The translations under genes were made by a program, and so were the position numbers. The notes beneath the pieces were generated by a model. That model worked only from the letters and a program-made list of their open reading frames with translations, searched no databases and was not told where the DNA came from. A stretch of DNA of 62,540 nucleotides, filler included. It is 4 parts of 4 records of this genome, joined end to end, with 100 filler letters (N's around TTAATTAATTAA, not from the genome) between each part and the next. Parts side by side here need not be neighbours in the genome. Positions count along the whole stretch, not along the records: positions 43,268 to 53,589 come from SRR20825006_1564; positions 53,690 to 62,540 come from SRR20825006_1569; 2 more parts are not named here. One strand, 5' to 3'. Below, piece by piece: positions 50,001 through 58,506 of this stretch (the stretch's first letter is position 1; every line of letters begins with the position of its first letter).

Positions 50001-52509
50001 GATCGCGGAGCAATATCCGGACCTGCCGGCATTACCTCCGGCGCATTCATTGCCGTCAGCACCGAAGCGGGCGCCGGCAACGAATGCGGCGCGTTATCAA
50101 CGTCCCGCCCTCGAATTCTTCAACGGCCTCGGCGGTTTCGACAAGAATGGCCGGGAGTATGTAACGGTTCTCGAAGCGGGCACCGTTACCCCCGCGCCCT
50201 GGATCAATGTGATTGCCAATTCCGGTTTCGGCTTTCAGGTCTCGGCGGAAGGAAACGGCTTCACATGGGCCGAAAACAGCCGTGAAAATCAACTGACGCC
50301 ATGGTCGAACGATCCCGTCACCGACCCCGCCGGCGAAACGCTCTATATCCGCGACGAGGACACCGGCGAACTTTTCAGCGCAACCGCGCAACCGATCCGG
50401 CGCAAAGGCGCCTATATCGCCCGCCACGGCTTCGGCTACAGCCGGTTCGAACACGAAGAAAACGGGATCTCTGCCGATCTTCTGCAATATGTACCGCTGG
50501 CCGATCCGATCAAGATCTCGCGCCTGACGCTCAAAAACACCTCCGCCCGGCCACGCCGGTTGACGGTCACGAGCTACGCCGCGCTTGTGCTCGGCGGCTC
50601 GCGCAGCGCTACCGCGCCGTTCCTGATCACCGGCATCGATCCGGAGACCGGCGCGCTGTTCGCGCGCAACCCATGGAGCGCGGGCTTTCCCGGACGCATC
50701 GCTTTTGCCGACCTTGGCGGTGAACAGACGTCATGGACGGCGGATCGCAGCGAGTTCCTCGGACGTCGCGGAAACGCAGCCGCGCCGCGGGCGCTCACGC
50801 TTGGCCTCCCCCTGTCAGGTGTCGTCGGTGCGGGCCTCGATCCCTGCGCCGCCCTGCAGCGGACGCTCGTGATAGGGCCCGGAGAAGCAATAGAAATCGT
50901 TTCGCTCCTTGGAGAGAGCGGCTCTGCGGATGAGGCCCGCAGCCTGCTGTCGCGCTATCGCGAGATCGATCTTGACGCGGTCCTGCAGGACGTCACCGAC
51001 CACTGGAGCGACCTTTTGCAGACCGTACAGGTCAGGACGCCGGATCGGGCGATGGACATCATGCTGAACGGCTGGCTGCTCTACCAGACGGTCGCCTGCC
51101 GTATCCGGGCGCGCTCCGCCTTCTATCAGGCGAGCGGCGCCTATGGCTTCCGCGACCAGCTTCAGGATGGCATGGCATTGACCCTTGCCCGGCCCGAAGA
51201 GACGCGGCATCACCTCCTGCGCGCCGCCTCGCGGCAGTTCGTCGAGGGCGACGTCCAGCATTGGTGGCTGCCACAGTCCGGCCAGGGGGTCAGAACCCGC
51301 ATCTCCGATGACCGGGTCTGGCTCGCATTCGCCGCCGCGACCTATGTCAGGACAACCGGTGACGATGCGGTTCTGGACGTTGCCGTGCCCTTCCTGGAGG
51401 GCCCGCCACTGGAACCCGGGCAGCACGATGCCTTCTTCCATCCGACGATCGCTGCCGAGACGGCTTCGCTTTTCGAACATATTGCGCGCGGCCTCGACCA
51501 GTGCATCGCGTTGACCGGAGAGCACGGCCTGCCGCTGATGGGCACCGGCGACTGGAACGACGGCATGAACCGCGTCGGCGAGGGCGGCAAGGGCGAGAGC
51601 GTCTGGCTCGGCTGGCTGCTGCTGGCCGCCATCGATCTTTGTGCTCCGCTGGCAGAAGACCGCGACCGGCAACGTGGCCAGCGCTGGCGCGCCCATGCCG
51701 CCACGCTGCGCGCGGCCATCGAAACCCATGCCTGGGACGGCGAATGGTATGCTCGTGCAACCTTTGATGATGGTACATGGCTCGGCGCCAGCGACAATAT
51801 CGAGTGCCGTATCGACTCGATTGCGCAATCCTGGTCCGTCCTGTCAGGCGCCGGGGATCCGACACGCGCTGCCACCGCCATGGCTTCGCTCGAGCGGCAT
51901 CTCATCCGCCGCGACGACGGGCTGGCGCTGCTGTTCACCCCGCCCTTCGATGACGGGCCACGCGATCCCGGCTATATCAAGGGCTATCCACCCGGCCTGC
52001 GCGAGAATGGCGGGCAGTACAGCCATGCGGCCATGTGGGCGATCATGGCGTTTGCCAGATCCGGCGCCGGCGGCAAGGCGCACGCGCTGTTCGAACTGCT
52101 GAACCCCATCAACCATGCCCTGACCGCCGCGGACACCGAGCGCTACAAGGTCGAACCCTATGTCGTCGCCGCCGACGTCTATTCCGTCGCGCCGCATGTC
52201 GGCAGGGGCGGCTGGACGTGGTACACCGGCTCCGGCGGCTGGATGTATCGTGCGGGCATCGAAGGTATTCTCGGGATCCGGCGCGAAGGCGGATTCCTGA
52301 TTGTCGATCCTTCCATTCCGGCCGAATGGCCGGACTTCGAGGCCGTCGTGACGGTCGATAAAACCCGGTTCAGCATCCGCGTCGACAATGCACGGAAACC
52401 GGGCTCGGGCGCCTGGAACGCCGTTCTGGACGGCAATACTGTTGCGGCATCAGCAGGGTCCGTGCGGGCTCCCATCGACGGAGTGGACCATGTCCTGCTT
52501 CTTGGATAA
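44020..52509 (+). CDS. ndvB: Cyclic beta-1,2-glucan synthase NdvB/ChvB/Cgs-like (GT84 + glucoamylase-like transglycosylase + GH94 phosphorylase)
   Basis: ~2830 aa; EWLLDNY, WERKRGK, LDADT, SHDLFEG, RWTRGDWQ, PPDNFQE, SWSGSMFEY, YQASGAYGFRDQLQD, GDWNDG, ENGGQYSH; start uncertain (43978 GTG vs 44020 ATG). Confidence 0.93.
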   Translation: MNLKFPGARIASPLWNDRAPVRQELFSTERLEQHAISLAAAQPVSGKAPAVMSLHKRLSRNASVLLSAYRASIAELKNGREVVPAAEWLLDNYHLVEEQIQEIRNDLPPGYYRQLPKLANGPFAGYPRVLELAWAFVAHTDSLFDRDKLKRFLTAYQQVQPLTIGELWAVAITLRFVLIENLRRLADQITAGDAARAEASALSARLLDPEAEEAAFAVDIAAHAKAPLPELFAAHLAKRLRNRDPSTTPALAWLEEKLAQQGSSIEEAVQHSQQRQGASNVTVRNIITSIRLISDIDWTEMFESVSLVDARMRQASPFEEMDFPTRDLYRKAIEQLARGSSLTELEITEKALDTARGSASDQSNAIEAARSADPGYHLISEGRPALERAIGFRPPVRLWLGRLNMRLGIAGYVGSSLIVTAILLFLSLLLLSRTGLAAGWLVMFAALGFLPATEVATAIVNRVMSWFSGATILPGLSLRQGVPPSLRTLVAVPTLLTSEADILEQVERLEVHHLSGAGGDLVFALVTDGIDADHESIEPDERLLAVAADAIARLNAQHEPVNGGNRFLLLHRRRLFNAEEGKWMGWERKRGKLHELNRLLRGADDTSFTPVAGSPPQVPVDVRYVITLDADTRLPRDAAQRLVGKMAHPLNRPRFSEAEQRIVDGYGILQPRVTPSLPVGQEGSLYQRVFSAPGGIDPYAAAASNVYQDLFGVGAYTGKGIYDIDAFESALSDRVPDNAMLSHDLFEGAFARAGLASDVEVIEEFPARYDVDARRQHRWTRGDWQLLPWLTGQQKKNGAVPAVGRGMMIDNLKRSLAAPLTVLAFALAWLMPLPAALTATALLIAAMAIPAFLPILFTLIPQNSGTHVRSHLAALGADLRLAALRTCLDLAFLPDRAWRMTDAIARTLIRLYRTRRHLLEWTTSAQSQGSPRLDAAGFYRRMAPGTLIGLAIAAAASLLTPSSLLLVLPFALLWLMAPAIALWISRPPVEGAGPAISDQQADELRLIARRTWRFFETFVTPESNMLPPDNFQEDPKPVIARRTSPTNIGLYLLSAVAARDFGWAGKAETVERLEATLKTMRALSKHRGHFFNWYATDDMRVLDPAYVSSVDSGNLAGHLIALASACEAWVETDDVSNVRAGMNDSLVLARQSFDAIAGSGQQGDGHLTPVLDDIEARLNGSLSLETAEPMLMRLADKAAAIAREMVPISREAACSDLIFWLEALKKQIAEDTRDRLGDSGLERRLAAIAAEARAMAMAMDFAFLLDTERKLLSIGYSLADNNLDANCYDLLASEARLASLFAIAKGDIETRHWFLLGRPATPLSGASALVSWSGSMFEYLMPSLIMRAPKGSLLAQTNRLVVRRQQAYAETLGTPWGISESAYNARDTELTYQYSNFGVPGLGLKRGLSENAVIAPYATGLATMIDPAGACANYTRLAALGALGPYGFYEALDFTSTRLPEKDKVAIVRTSMAHHQGMTIVAIVNTLQDGIMRTRFHREPMIRACELLLQERIPRIVANDHKRVGEAPLSPVRSSLGPDTSRRIAASVAGPPVTHLLSNGRYAVMLTATGAGYSRWRGLAITRWHEDATRDGDGSPIFIRDVQNGAVWSAGARPLTDSSEHGDVAFDEDRARFLSVQGGLTTTMDVMVSGEDDCEVRRISISNGSRHTREIEITSYAELVLAPASADTAHPAFSKMFVQTEYSAEYGALIATRRPRTPEEVGIWAAHFAVAEGKIAADPQFETDRARFIGRGRTAATAAAMDTDTPLSNTVGTVLDPVFAIRQRVTIAPGKVARIAYWTVVASSRTELVDLIDRHLDRSAFERAKTLAWTQAQVQLRHIDVRSGEAADFQRLAAPIIYADPRYRASGAEIARGAGPQSGLWHLGISGDFPIVLLSIDDPHDMAQVHQLLRAHEYWRMKSLAVDLVIINERASSYTQDLQIAIEAAHRSSQSRPRPGIELAQGSVFVLRADLMSAEAHAQLHSVARVKLNARRGPIAEQYPDLPALPPAHSLPSAPKRAPATNAARYQRPALEFFNGLGGFDKNGREYVTVLEAGTVTPAPWINVIANSGFGFQVSAEGNGFTWAENSRENQLTPWSNDPVTDPAGETLYIRDEDTGELFSATAQPIRRKGAYIARHGFGYSRFEHEENGISADLLQYVPLADPIKISRLTLKNTSARPRRLTVTSYAALVLGGSRSATAPFLITGIDPETGALFARNPWSAGFPGRIAFADLGGEQTSWTADRSEFLGRRGNAAAPRALTLGLPLSGVVGAGLDPCAALQRTLVIGPGEAIEIVSLLGESGSADEARSLLSRYREIDLDAVLQDVTDHWSDLLQTVQVRTPDRAMDIMLNGWLLYQTVACRIRARSAFYQASGAYGFRDQLQDGMALTLARPEETRHHLLRAASRQFVEGDVQHWWLPQSGQGVRTRISDDRVWLAFAAATYVRTTGDDAVLDVAVPFLEGPPLEPGQHDAFFHPTIAAETASLFEHIARGLDQCIALTGEHGLPLMGTGDWNDGMNRVGEGGKGESVWLGWLLLAAIDLCAPLAEDRDRQRGQRWRAHAATLRAAIETHAWDGEWYARATFDDGTWLGASDNIECRIDSIAQSWSVLSGAGDPTRAATAMASLERHLIRRDDGLALLFTPPFDDGPRDPGYIKGYPPGLRENGGQYSHAAMWAIMAFARSGAGGKAHALFELLNPINHALTAADTERYKVEPYVVAADVYSVAPHVGRGGWTWYTGSGGWMYRAGIEGILGIRREGGFLIVDPSIPAEWPDFEAVVTVDKTRFSIRVDNARKPGSGAWNAVLDGNTVAASAGSVRAPIDGVDHVLLLG

Positions 52510-52923
52510 GCGGCAGTTCATATGCGCGGCACGCAGAATCCCAGGAGCCGTGCCAGGTGTGGAACCGCTGACGGCCGTCGCGGTGGAAGCGTTCGGCCCT
52601 GACATGGCGCAGTTCAAAACGGGGTGTGACCTTGCGACCTGGTGCCCAGGCAGCATTCCTCAGGAGGAAAAGAGCGTCTGGGTCGCATGACCAAGGCTGG
52701 CCAGGCCGATATCCGGGACTCCTGATCATTGGAGCAATGTCGCGACTGGGCTGGCTTGGGCAGCGCACAATTGCGGAGGGCAGCTGGTTGTCACGCATGT
52801 TGGCCCGCAAAGCCCAAGATGCTGGTCGCGATCGCGCTGGCTAACAAGATGGCCCGGCAGGTTTGGGCGATGTTGACGAAGAACGAAGATTACAGGGATC
52901 CGGCGCTGGCTGTCGCGGTATGA
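52510..52923 (+). pseudogene. IS110-family (IS1111 group) transposase, C-terminal remnant with frameshifts
   Basis: Across frames: PGVEPLTAVAVEAFGPDMAQFK / LVPRQHSSGGKERLGRMTKAGQADIR / LLIIGAMSRL..WLSRMLARK / PKMLVAIALANKMARQVWAMLTKNEDYRDP; N-terminal DEDD domain absent. Confidence 0.88.
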
Positions 52924-53192
52924 TACTCATGTCGAGTCGCTAGCAACGGTGCCAAGGGGGTGTGAGAAGACAATGACCTGAATGGGCAACAAGATCGAAC
53001 GGATCCGGATTGGGAAAACCAGTTAGCAACTGCGAGCACAAAGCTCGGAATACAGATTTGGACCCGGTTTGCTGATCACCATCTCGGCCCGCGGCTTCTG
53101 TAACTGTCGCATCCTAAGGCCTTACAGAAGTTCACACTCGATCACATGCCGGAACGGTCAAAGACTTCTTGCATTGCGGGCGGCAACCACAG
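52924..53192 (+). mobile_element. Long right non-coding end of IS1111-type element (candidate bridge/seekRNA region)
   Basis: About 270 nt of non-coding DNA after the tnp stop, ending in CTTGCATTGCGGGCGGCAACCACA, which resembles IS1111 subterminal ends. Confidence 0.6.
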
Positions 53193-53198
53193 GAGCCG

Positions 53199-53589
53199 CT
53201 AGATCGTTATGCCGAACAACTTTTCCGCATTTCGGAACGCGATTTTTTCCTTGGCCTCGCGTGGCAGATCGACTGCCCGAAACCAGTCGGTGCCTTGCTT
53301 CATGTCTGCAAACGGATAATCGGTTCCAAACATCACCCGATCCACACTGATGTATCTCAGCAAGAGATGAAGCAGTTCATCCTGGAAGAATGCGCTGGTC
53401 GTGTACCAGAAGTTGTCACTGAAGTATTGCCCGAGAGGTTTATTCAGCGCATCTTCGGTCGACTCGCTCATATCGCCCACGATACGCTCGTAGTAGAACG
53501 GAAGGCCCTCTCCCATATGGCCGATAATCATCTGCAGATTAGGGTAACTGTCGAATACCCCGGTCATGATCAGTCGAAGACATTGCGTA
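53199..53589 (-). CDS. Amidohydrolase_2 family (aromatic decarboxylase-like), 5' truncated by gap
   Basis: GVFDSYPNLQMIIGHMGEGLPF, NFWYTTS, DRVMFGTDYPF, KIAFRNAEKLF. Confidence 0.88.
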
Positions 53590-53689
53590 NNNNNNNNNNN
53601 NNNNNNNNNNNNNNNNNNNNNNNNNNNNNNNNNTTAATTAATTAANNNNNNNNNNNNNNNNNNNNNNNNNNNNNNNNNNNNNNNNNNNN
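53590..53689. other. Artificial contig spacer
   Basis: N44-TTAATTAATTAA-N44. Confidence 0.98.
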
Positions 53690-53690
53690 G

Positions 53691-53744
53691 ACCTATGCCG
53701 ATAACGGTCAGATGAATGCACGCGCCAAAGTGCTTGGCTTCTGA
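53691..53744 (+). CDS. C-terminal tail of an upstream gene, probably the TRAP substrate-binding protein
   Basis: TYADNGQMNARAKVLGF* directly ahead of a hairpin and dctQ; identity inferred from gene order only. Confidence 0.45.
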   Translation, partial: TYADNGQMNARAKVLGF

Positions 53745-53756
53745 TAAAAATGATAT

Positions 53757-53783
53757 CCGGCGCAGGGACATTCCCTGCGCCGG
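53757..53783 (+). promoter_or_regulatory. Intercistronic GC-rich hairpin (mRNA stability/attenuation)
   Basis: CCGGCGCAGGGA-CAT-TCCCTGCGCCGG perfect 12-bp stem followed by TTGTTTTT. Confidence 0.65.
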
Positions 53784-53807
53784 TTGTTTTTCGCCTTGGG
53801 GAAAATC

Positions 53808-54329
53808 ATGGAACGCCTTGCTGATCGGCTTGATCTGGTCAATCACTGGACCGGCATGACGGTGCGCTGGTTTGCACTGATCATGGTTCTTTTGCAGTTT
53901 ACCGTGGTGTTGCTGCGCTATGTTTTCGGTTTCAGTTCAATCGCGCTCAATGAAAGTGTTCTGTACCTGCATTCCGGGCTTTTCATGCTTGGTGCGGGTT
54001 ATACGCTTTTGGTCGATCGGCATGTCCGGGTGGACATTTTTTATGCGGCGGCCACCGACAAGACCAAGGCGCGGATCGATACATTCGGCTATCTGGTTCT
54101 GGCGATCCCTTCGATGCTGGCACTGCTGTATTGGACCTGGCCATCCGTGATTAATTCTGTCTCGATGATGGAAGGCGCGATTTCGGTTGGCGGCATTCCC
54201 GCAGTCTGGCTTTTGAAGTCCCTGATCCCCGCCTTTTGCATTCTTTTGATTATTCAGTCCCTTGCCTGTTTGCTCAGACAAATCATTACCTTGCGCAGTG
54301 GCGTTGAAGACCGGGGTGCGCAAAGCTGA
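53808..54329 (+). CDS. dctQ: TRAP transporter small permease
   Basis: VLLRYVF, GAGYTL..DRHVRVDIFY; 4 TMs; start MERLA at 53808. Confidence 0.92.
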   Translation: MERLADRLDLVNHWTGMTVRWFALIMVLLQFTVVLLRYVFGFSSIALNESVLYLHSGLFMLGAGYTLLVDRHVRVDIFYAAATDKTKARIDTFGYLVLAIPSMLALLYWTWPSVINSVSMMEGAISVGGIPAVWLLKSLIPAFCILLIIQSLACLLRQIITLRSGVEDRGAQS

Positions 54330-55879
54330 TGTTGGAATATCTTGATTTTTTGATGTTTGCCGCCCTGATGGGCTGCATCCTTTTGGGTTTTCCGGTGTCG
54401 TTTTCAATTGCCGGGATTGCGGTGATTTTCGGCTATATCGGCTGGGTCACCGATACGATGAATATCGGCCTGATGGGGGCATTCGGACAGCGCGTATTTG
54501 GCACACTGACCAATAACGTCCTGATTGCCATTCCGTTGTTTGTCATCATGGGTGTGACCCTGGAACGATCACGCATTGCCGAAGATTTGCTTCATACCAT
54601 GGGGCGTCTGTTCGGACAGTTGCGCGGCGGTTTGGGTATTTCGGTCGTGCTGGTCGGCGCGTTACTGGCCGCTTCTACCGGGATTGTCGGGGCGACGGTG
54701 ATTGCCATGGGGATGATTGCCCTGCCGACCATGTTGCGCACGGGGTATAACCCGAAACTGGCATCCGGGCTTGTTTGCACAGCCGGTACTTTGGGCCAGA
54801 TTATTCCGCCCTCGACGCTTCTGATCATTCTTTCGGATGTGATGTCATCGGCTTATCAGCAGGCCCAGTATGAACAGGGCAAGTTCACGATTGAAACGAT
54901 TTCGGTCGGTCAGATTTTTGCCGGTGCACTGATCCCGGGTCTGACACTGGTTGCGATTTATATCCTTTATATCCTGCTGCGCGGGGTGTTCCTTCCCGAT
55001 GATATGCCGCCAGTCAAAAGCGATGATGGTCGCCCAAGCATCGGCGAGGTTGCCCGGGCGGTTCTGCCACCGGTTCTTTTGATCTTTGCCGTTCTGGGCG
55101 CCATTCTGGGCGGGGTCGCCACCCCGACCGAGGCCGCATCCGTCGGCGCAATTGGTGCCATGCTGATGGCTGGTGTCCGTCAGGGGGCCAACCGCAATCT
55201 GGTTTTGATCGGAACCATCGCCCTTTTGATTTTGGCCGTGATGGCCGGTGTCGCACCTGTGCGGTTCCAGCGCAATGATCTGACCGGTTTTGATTATGTG
55301 CTGGGTGCGGGCTATGTGGTGCTTGCAGTGATCGGGATCATTACGATACTTGCCTGTCTGCGTCAGGCATGGAAGACCGATATTCTGAAATCTGCCCTGA
55401 CCTCGACCATGACGGTCAGTTCGATGATTTTCGCCACCATCCTGACAGCCAGCATGTTCTCGCTGGTGTTTGTCGGACTGGGCGGTGAAGGCCATGTGGC
55501 CGAAATTCTGGAATCCATGCCCGGCGGCCCGACCGGTGCGCTGGTCTTTTGCATGGCGCTGATTTTTGTTCTGGGCTTCTTCCTTGATTTCGTTGAAATC
55601 ACCGTGATCCTGCTGCCGCTGATTGCGCCGGGCCTGATCATGATGGGACACGATCCGGTATGGCTGGCAATCCTGATTGCGATCAACCTGCAGACATCGT
55701 TCCTGACCCCGCCATTTGGCTTCTCGCTGTTTTACCTGCGCAGTGCCGCACCACCGGAAATCACCACCGGCCAGATCTATCAGGGTGTTATCCCGTTCAT
55801 CATCCTTCAGCTGTTTGGCATTTTCGTCATCTGGCTGTGGCCATCCCTGGCCAACTGGTTACCCAGCGTGGTGTTCTAG
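54329..55879 (+). CDS. dctM: TRAP transporter large permease
   Basis: AIPLF, GTLGQIIPPS, TPTEAA, LGFFLDFVEI, TSFLTPPFG. Confidence 0.95.
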   Translation: MLEYLDFLMFAALMGCILLGFPVSFSIAGIAVIFGYIGWVTDTMNIGLMGAFGQRVFGTLTNNVLIAIPLFVIMGVTLERSRIAEDLLHTMGRLFGQLRGGLGISVVLVGALLAASTGIVGATVIAMGMIALPTMLRTGYNPKLASGLVCTAGTLGQIIPPSTLLIILSDVMSSAYQQAQYEQGKFTIETISVGQIFAGALIPGLTLVAIYILYILLRGVFLPDDMPPVKSDDGRPSIGEVARAVLPPVLLIFAVLGAILGGVATPTEAASVGAIGAMLMAGVRQGANRNLVLIGTIALLILAVMAGVAPVRFQRNDLTGFDYVLGAGYVVLAVIGIITILACLRQAWKTDILKSALTSTMTVSSMIFATILTASMFSLVFVGLGGEGHVAEILESMPGGPTGALVFCMALIFVLGFFLDFVEITVILLPLIAPGLIMMGHDPVWLAILIAINLQTSFLTPPFGFSLFYLRSAAPPEITTGQIYQGVIPFIILQLFGIFVIWLWPSLANWLPSVVF

Positions 55880-55904
55880 GAACGAAATACAAAAGACCAA
55901 AAAC

Positions 55905-55938
55905 AAAAAAACGCCCCGGAAATCCGTGGGCGTTTTTT
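55905..55938. terminator. Bidirectional terminator
   Basis: AAAAAACGCCC...GGGCGTTTTTT between convergent genes. Confidence 0.8.
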
Positions 55939-55988
55939 GTTTCAGGCATCAAGCGATTGGCGTTAGCCACAGCTAGCAAAACAGATCG

Positions 55989-56837
55989 TCATTGTTCGTT
56001 TGCCACAACGCTCTGGCGCTGTGAGCCAAGCCCCTCGACCGATAGCTCGACAACATCACCAGCGCTTAAAAAACGCGGCGGTGTGAGGCCAAGACCGACA
56101 CCTTCTGGCGTTCCGGTTGCAATAATATCCCCCGGCATAAGACGCATGAAGCCCGACATATAAGATATGATTTCCGCGACAGAGAAAATCATGTCGGCGG
56201 TCGAGCTGTTCTGCACAGTCTCGCCATTGACCGAAAGGCTTAAGGACAGGTTTTGGGGATCACCGGCCTCATCAGGCGTAACAATCCACGGGCCAATCGG
56301 GCCGAAATTCGGTGCTGATTTTCCTTTGATCCATTGTCCGCCGCGCTCGATCTGATAGGCGCGTTCACTTACATCGTTGATCGTGCAAAAACCGGCGACG
56401 TAACCCAGTGCTTCGTCTTTACCAACATAGCTGCACGAGCGGCCGATAATGATGCCAAGCTCGACCTCCCAGTCGGTTTTAACAGAGCCGCGCGGCAAAA
56501 TGATCGGATCGTTTGGCCCGCAAATGCTTGATGTGGATTTGGAAAAAAGAACAGGTTCTTTCGGTTCCGGATTGTTGGTTTCGCGGGCATGGCGGGCATA
56601 GTTCAAACCCACCGCATAGAAGTTGCGCGCCGCACCAACGCACGGGCCGATACGTGTCGCCGGATCAATGATGGGCAAGGCTGATAGATCATGATCGGCC
56701 AGTGCCGTCAGTTGTTCGCAGGTCACCGTTTCGGGTGTGAAATCGGCAATCAAAGTGGAAAGATCGCGGATGTTTCCATCAGAATCGAGGCAACCCGGCT
56801 TTTCGTGCCCAACAGGTCCGTGGCGGAGAAACTTCAT
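55989..56837 (-). CDS. Fumarylacetoacetate hydrolase family protein
   Basis: VGLNYARH, DWEVELG, NDVSER, GKS, ATGTPEGVG. Confidence 0.94.
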   Translation of the reverse strand: MKFLRHGPVGHEKPGCLDSDGNIRDLSTLIADFTPETVTCEQLTALADHDLSALPIIDPATRIGPCVGAARNFYAVGLNYARHARETNNPEPKEPVLFSKSTSSICGPNDPIILPRGSVKTDWEVELGIIIGRSCSYVGKDEALGYVAGFCTINDVSERAYQIERGGQWIKGKSAPNFGPIGPWIVTPDEAGDPQNLSLSLSVNGETVQNSSTADMIFSVAEIISYMSGFMRLMPGDIIATGTPEGVGLGLTPPRFLSAGDVVELSVEGLGSQRQSVVANEQ

Positions 56838-56875
56838 AATTCAATCCTTTCAAAAATGGTCTTTCTGGTGCGCTA

Positions 56876-58483
56876 TCAGGCGGAGCGCAGAATCATGTCG
56901 GCGGCTTTTTCCGCGATCATCACCACCGGTGTCGCAGTGTTTCCCGATACGATGCGCGGCATGATGGAAGCATCAACGACGCGCAAACCGGTCACACCGC
57001 GCACCCGCAATTGCGGGTCAACCACCGCGGCGTCATCAACGCCCATGCGGCAGGTTCCAACGGGATGGAAAATGGTTGTGCCGATATCTCCGGCGGCACG
57101 CGCCAGACTGGCATCGTCTGTTATGTCCGCACCCGGAAGATTTTCGTGCGGGGCATATTTTTTCAACGCCGGCATACTCATCAAGTGCCGTGCTTGCCGC
57201 AGTGCGCGAAGGGCAACGTCTTTATCGCGGCTTGCGCTGAGATAACATGGCGAAATGTCAGGATGTGCCGACGGTCCGTCCCGCGATATATGAGTAGATC
57301 CGCGACTGTCCGGGCGCAGATTGCACACCGAAACCGTAACAGCCGGATACGGGTGAAGCGGCTCGCCCAGCTTGTCAGTTGAAAGCGGCTGAATATGGTA
57401 TTCAAGGTCCGGCGTTGCCATTTCGGAACTGCTTTTGGTGAAAATTCCAAACTGGCTAGGCGCCATCGACAAGGGGCCGGATCGGTTCCACAAATAGCTT
57501 GCCGCCATGCCGATTTTCCCCGACCAGGAATTGGCGATCTGATTGAGTGTGCGCGTATTTTCAACCCGGAAAATCATCCGCAGCTGCAAATGATCCTGCA
57601 GGTTTTCGCCGACATCGGGCATATCGCGATGCACATCAATGCCCGCATGTTTAAGACGTTCGCCCTGACCAATACCCGATGCTTCAAGCAATGCCGGGGA
57701 ATGGATGGCACCGGCGGCAAGAATGATCTCAGCTTTTGCCGTGGCCCGAACAACTGCACCTCTATGCGTGATTGTCACGTCATTCGCGCGGTCGTCCTCA
57801 AACGTGATCTTTTGAACATGGGCATGGGTTAAAACGCGCAGATTGCGGCGCTTAAGCGCTGGTTTGAGAAACGCGCGGGCAGCACTCCAGCGGCGCCCGC
57901 CATTCTGGTTGACCTCGAAATAACCGGCCCCTTCATTGTCGCCACCGTTGAAATCATCGGTTGCCGGCACCCCCATTTCTTCGGCGGCGCGCTGAAAATC
58001 ATCCAAAAGATCCCATTTAAGGCGCTGGCGGGCGACTTTCCATTCCCCACCCCTGCCGTGGATTTTGCCATCGCCATGGGGACGGTCTTGCGAGCGGATA
58101 AAATAGGGAAGCACATCATCCCAGCCCCAGCCGGTATTTCCCGTCTGCGCCCAGCCGTCATAATCAGCCGCCTGACCGCGCATATAGATCATACCGTTGA
58201 TTGAGCTGCACCCCCCCAGAACCTTACCGCGCGGATAGGCAAGCGCGCGCCCGTTCAGGCCCGCCTCGTTGGTGGTTTTCATCATCCAGTCGGTGCGCGG
58301 ATTGCCCATGCAGTAAAGATAACCAACCGGAATGTGGATCCACGGATAGTTGTCTTTTCCACCCGCCTCGATCAGGAGAACGCGGTTGGCCGGGTTTTCG
58401 CTCAGCCGGTTGGCCAGCACGCATCCGGCCGTGCCCGCACCAATGATAATATAATCGTACTCGCCGTCTAAAGTGCGTGTCAT
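56876..58483 (-). CDS. GMC oxidoreductase (choline dehydrogenase-like)
   Basis: GAGTAG FAD motif, GGCSSINGMIY.RG, GENLQDH, HPVGTC, SGNT; start MTRTL at 58483. Confidence 0.94.
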   Translation of the reverse strand: MTRTLDGEYDYIIIGAGTAGCVLANRLSENPANRVLLIEAGGKDNYPWIHIPVGYLYCMGNPRTDWMMKTTNEAGLNGRALAYPRGKVLGGCSSINGMIYMRGQAADYDGWAQTGNTGWGWDDVLPYFIRSQDRPHGDGKIHGRGGEWKVARQRLKWDLLDDFQRAAEEMGVPATDDFNGGDNEGAGYFEVNQNGGRRWSAARAFLKPALKRRNLRVLTHAHVQKITFEDDRANDVTITHRGAVVRATAKAEIILAAGAIHSPALLEASGIGQGERLKHAGIDVHRDMPDVGENLQDHLQLRMIFRVENTRTLNQIANSWSGKIGMAASYLWNRSGPLSMAPSQFGIFTKSSSEMATPDLEYHIQPLSTDKLGEPLHPYPAVTVSVCNLRPDSRGSTHISRDGPSAHPDISPCYLSASRDKDVALRALRQARHLMSMPALKKYAPHENLPGADITDDASLARAAGDIGTTIFHPVGTCRMGVDDAAVVDPQLRVRGVTGLRVVDASIMPRIVSGNTATPVVMIAEKAADMILRSA

Positions 58484-58506
58484 GTCGGTACCTGGAAAAG
58501 ATTTGC

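Noticed and set aside
44048-52475. Dozens of overlapping/antisense ORFs (up to 485 aa) inside ndvB
   Set aside because: Expected shadow ORFs of high-GC coding DNA; Arg/Ala/Pro-rich with no motifs.
53169-53846. ORFs 53169-53645 and 53634-53846
   Set aside because: They run through N spacers or are antisense to the amidohydrolase; artefacts.
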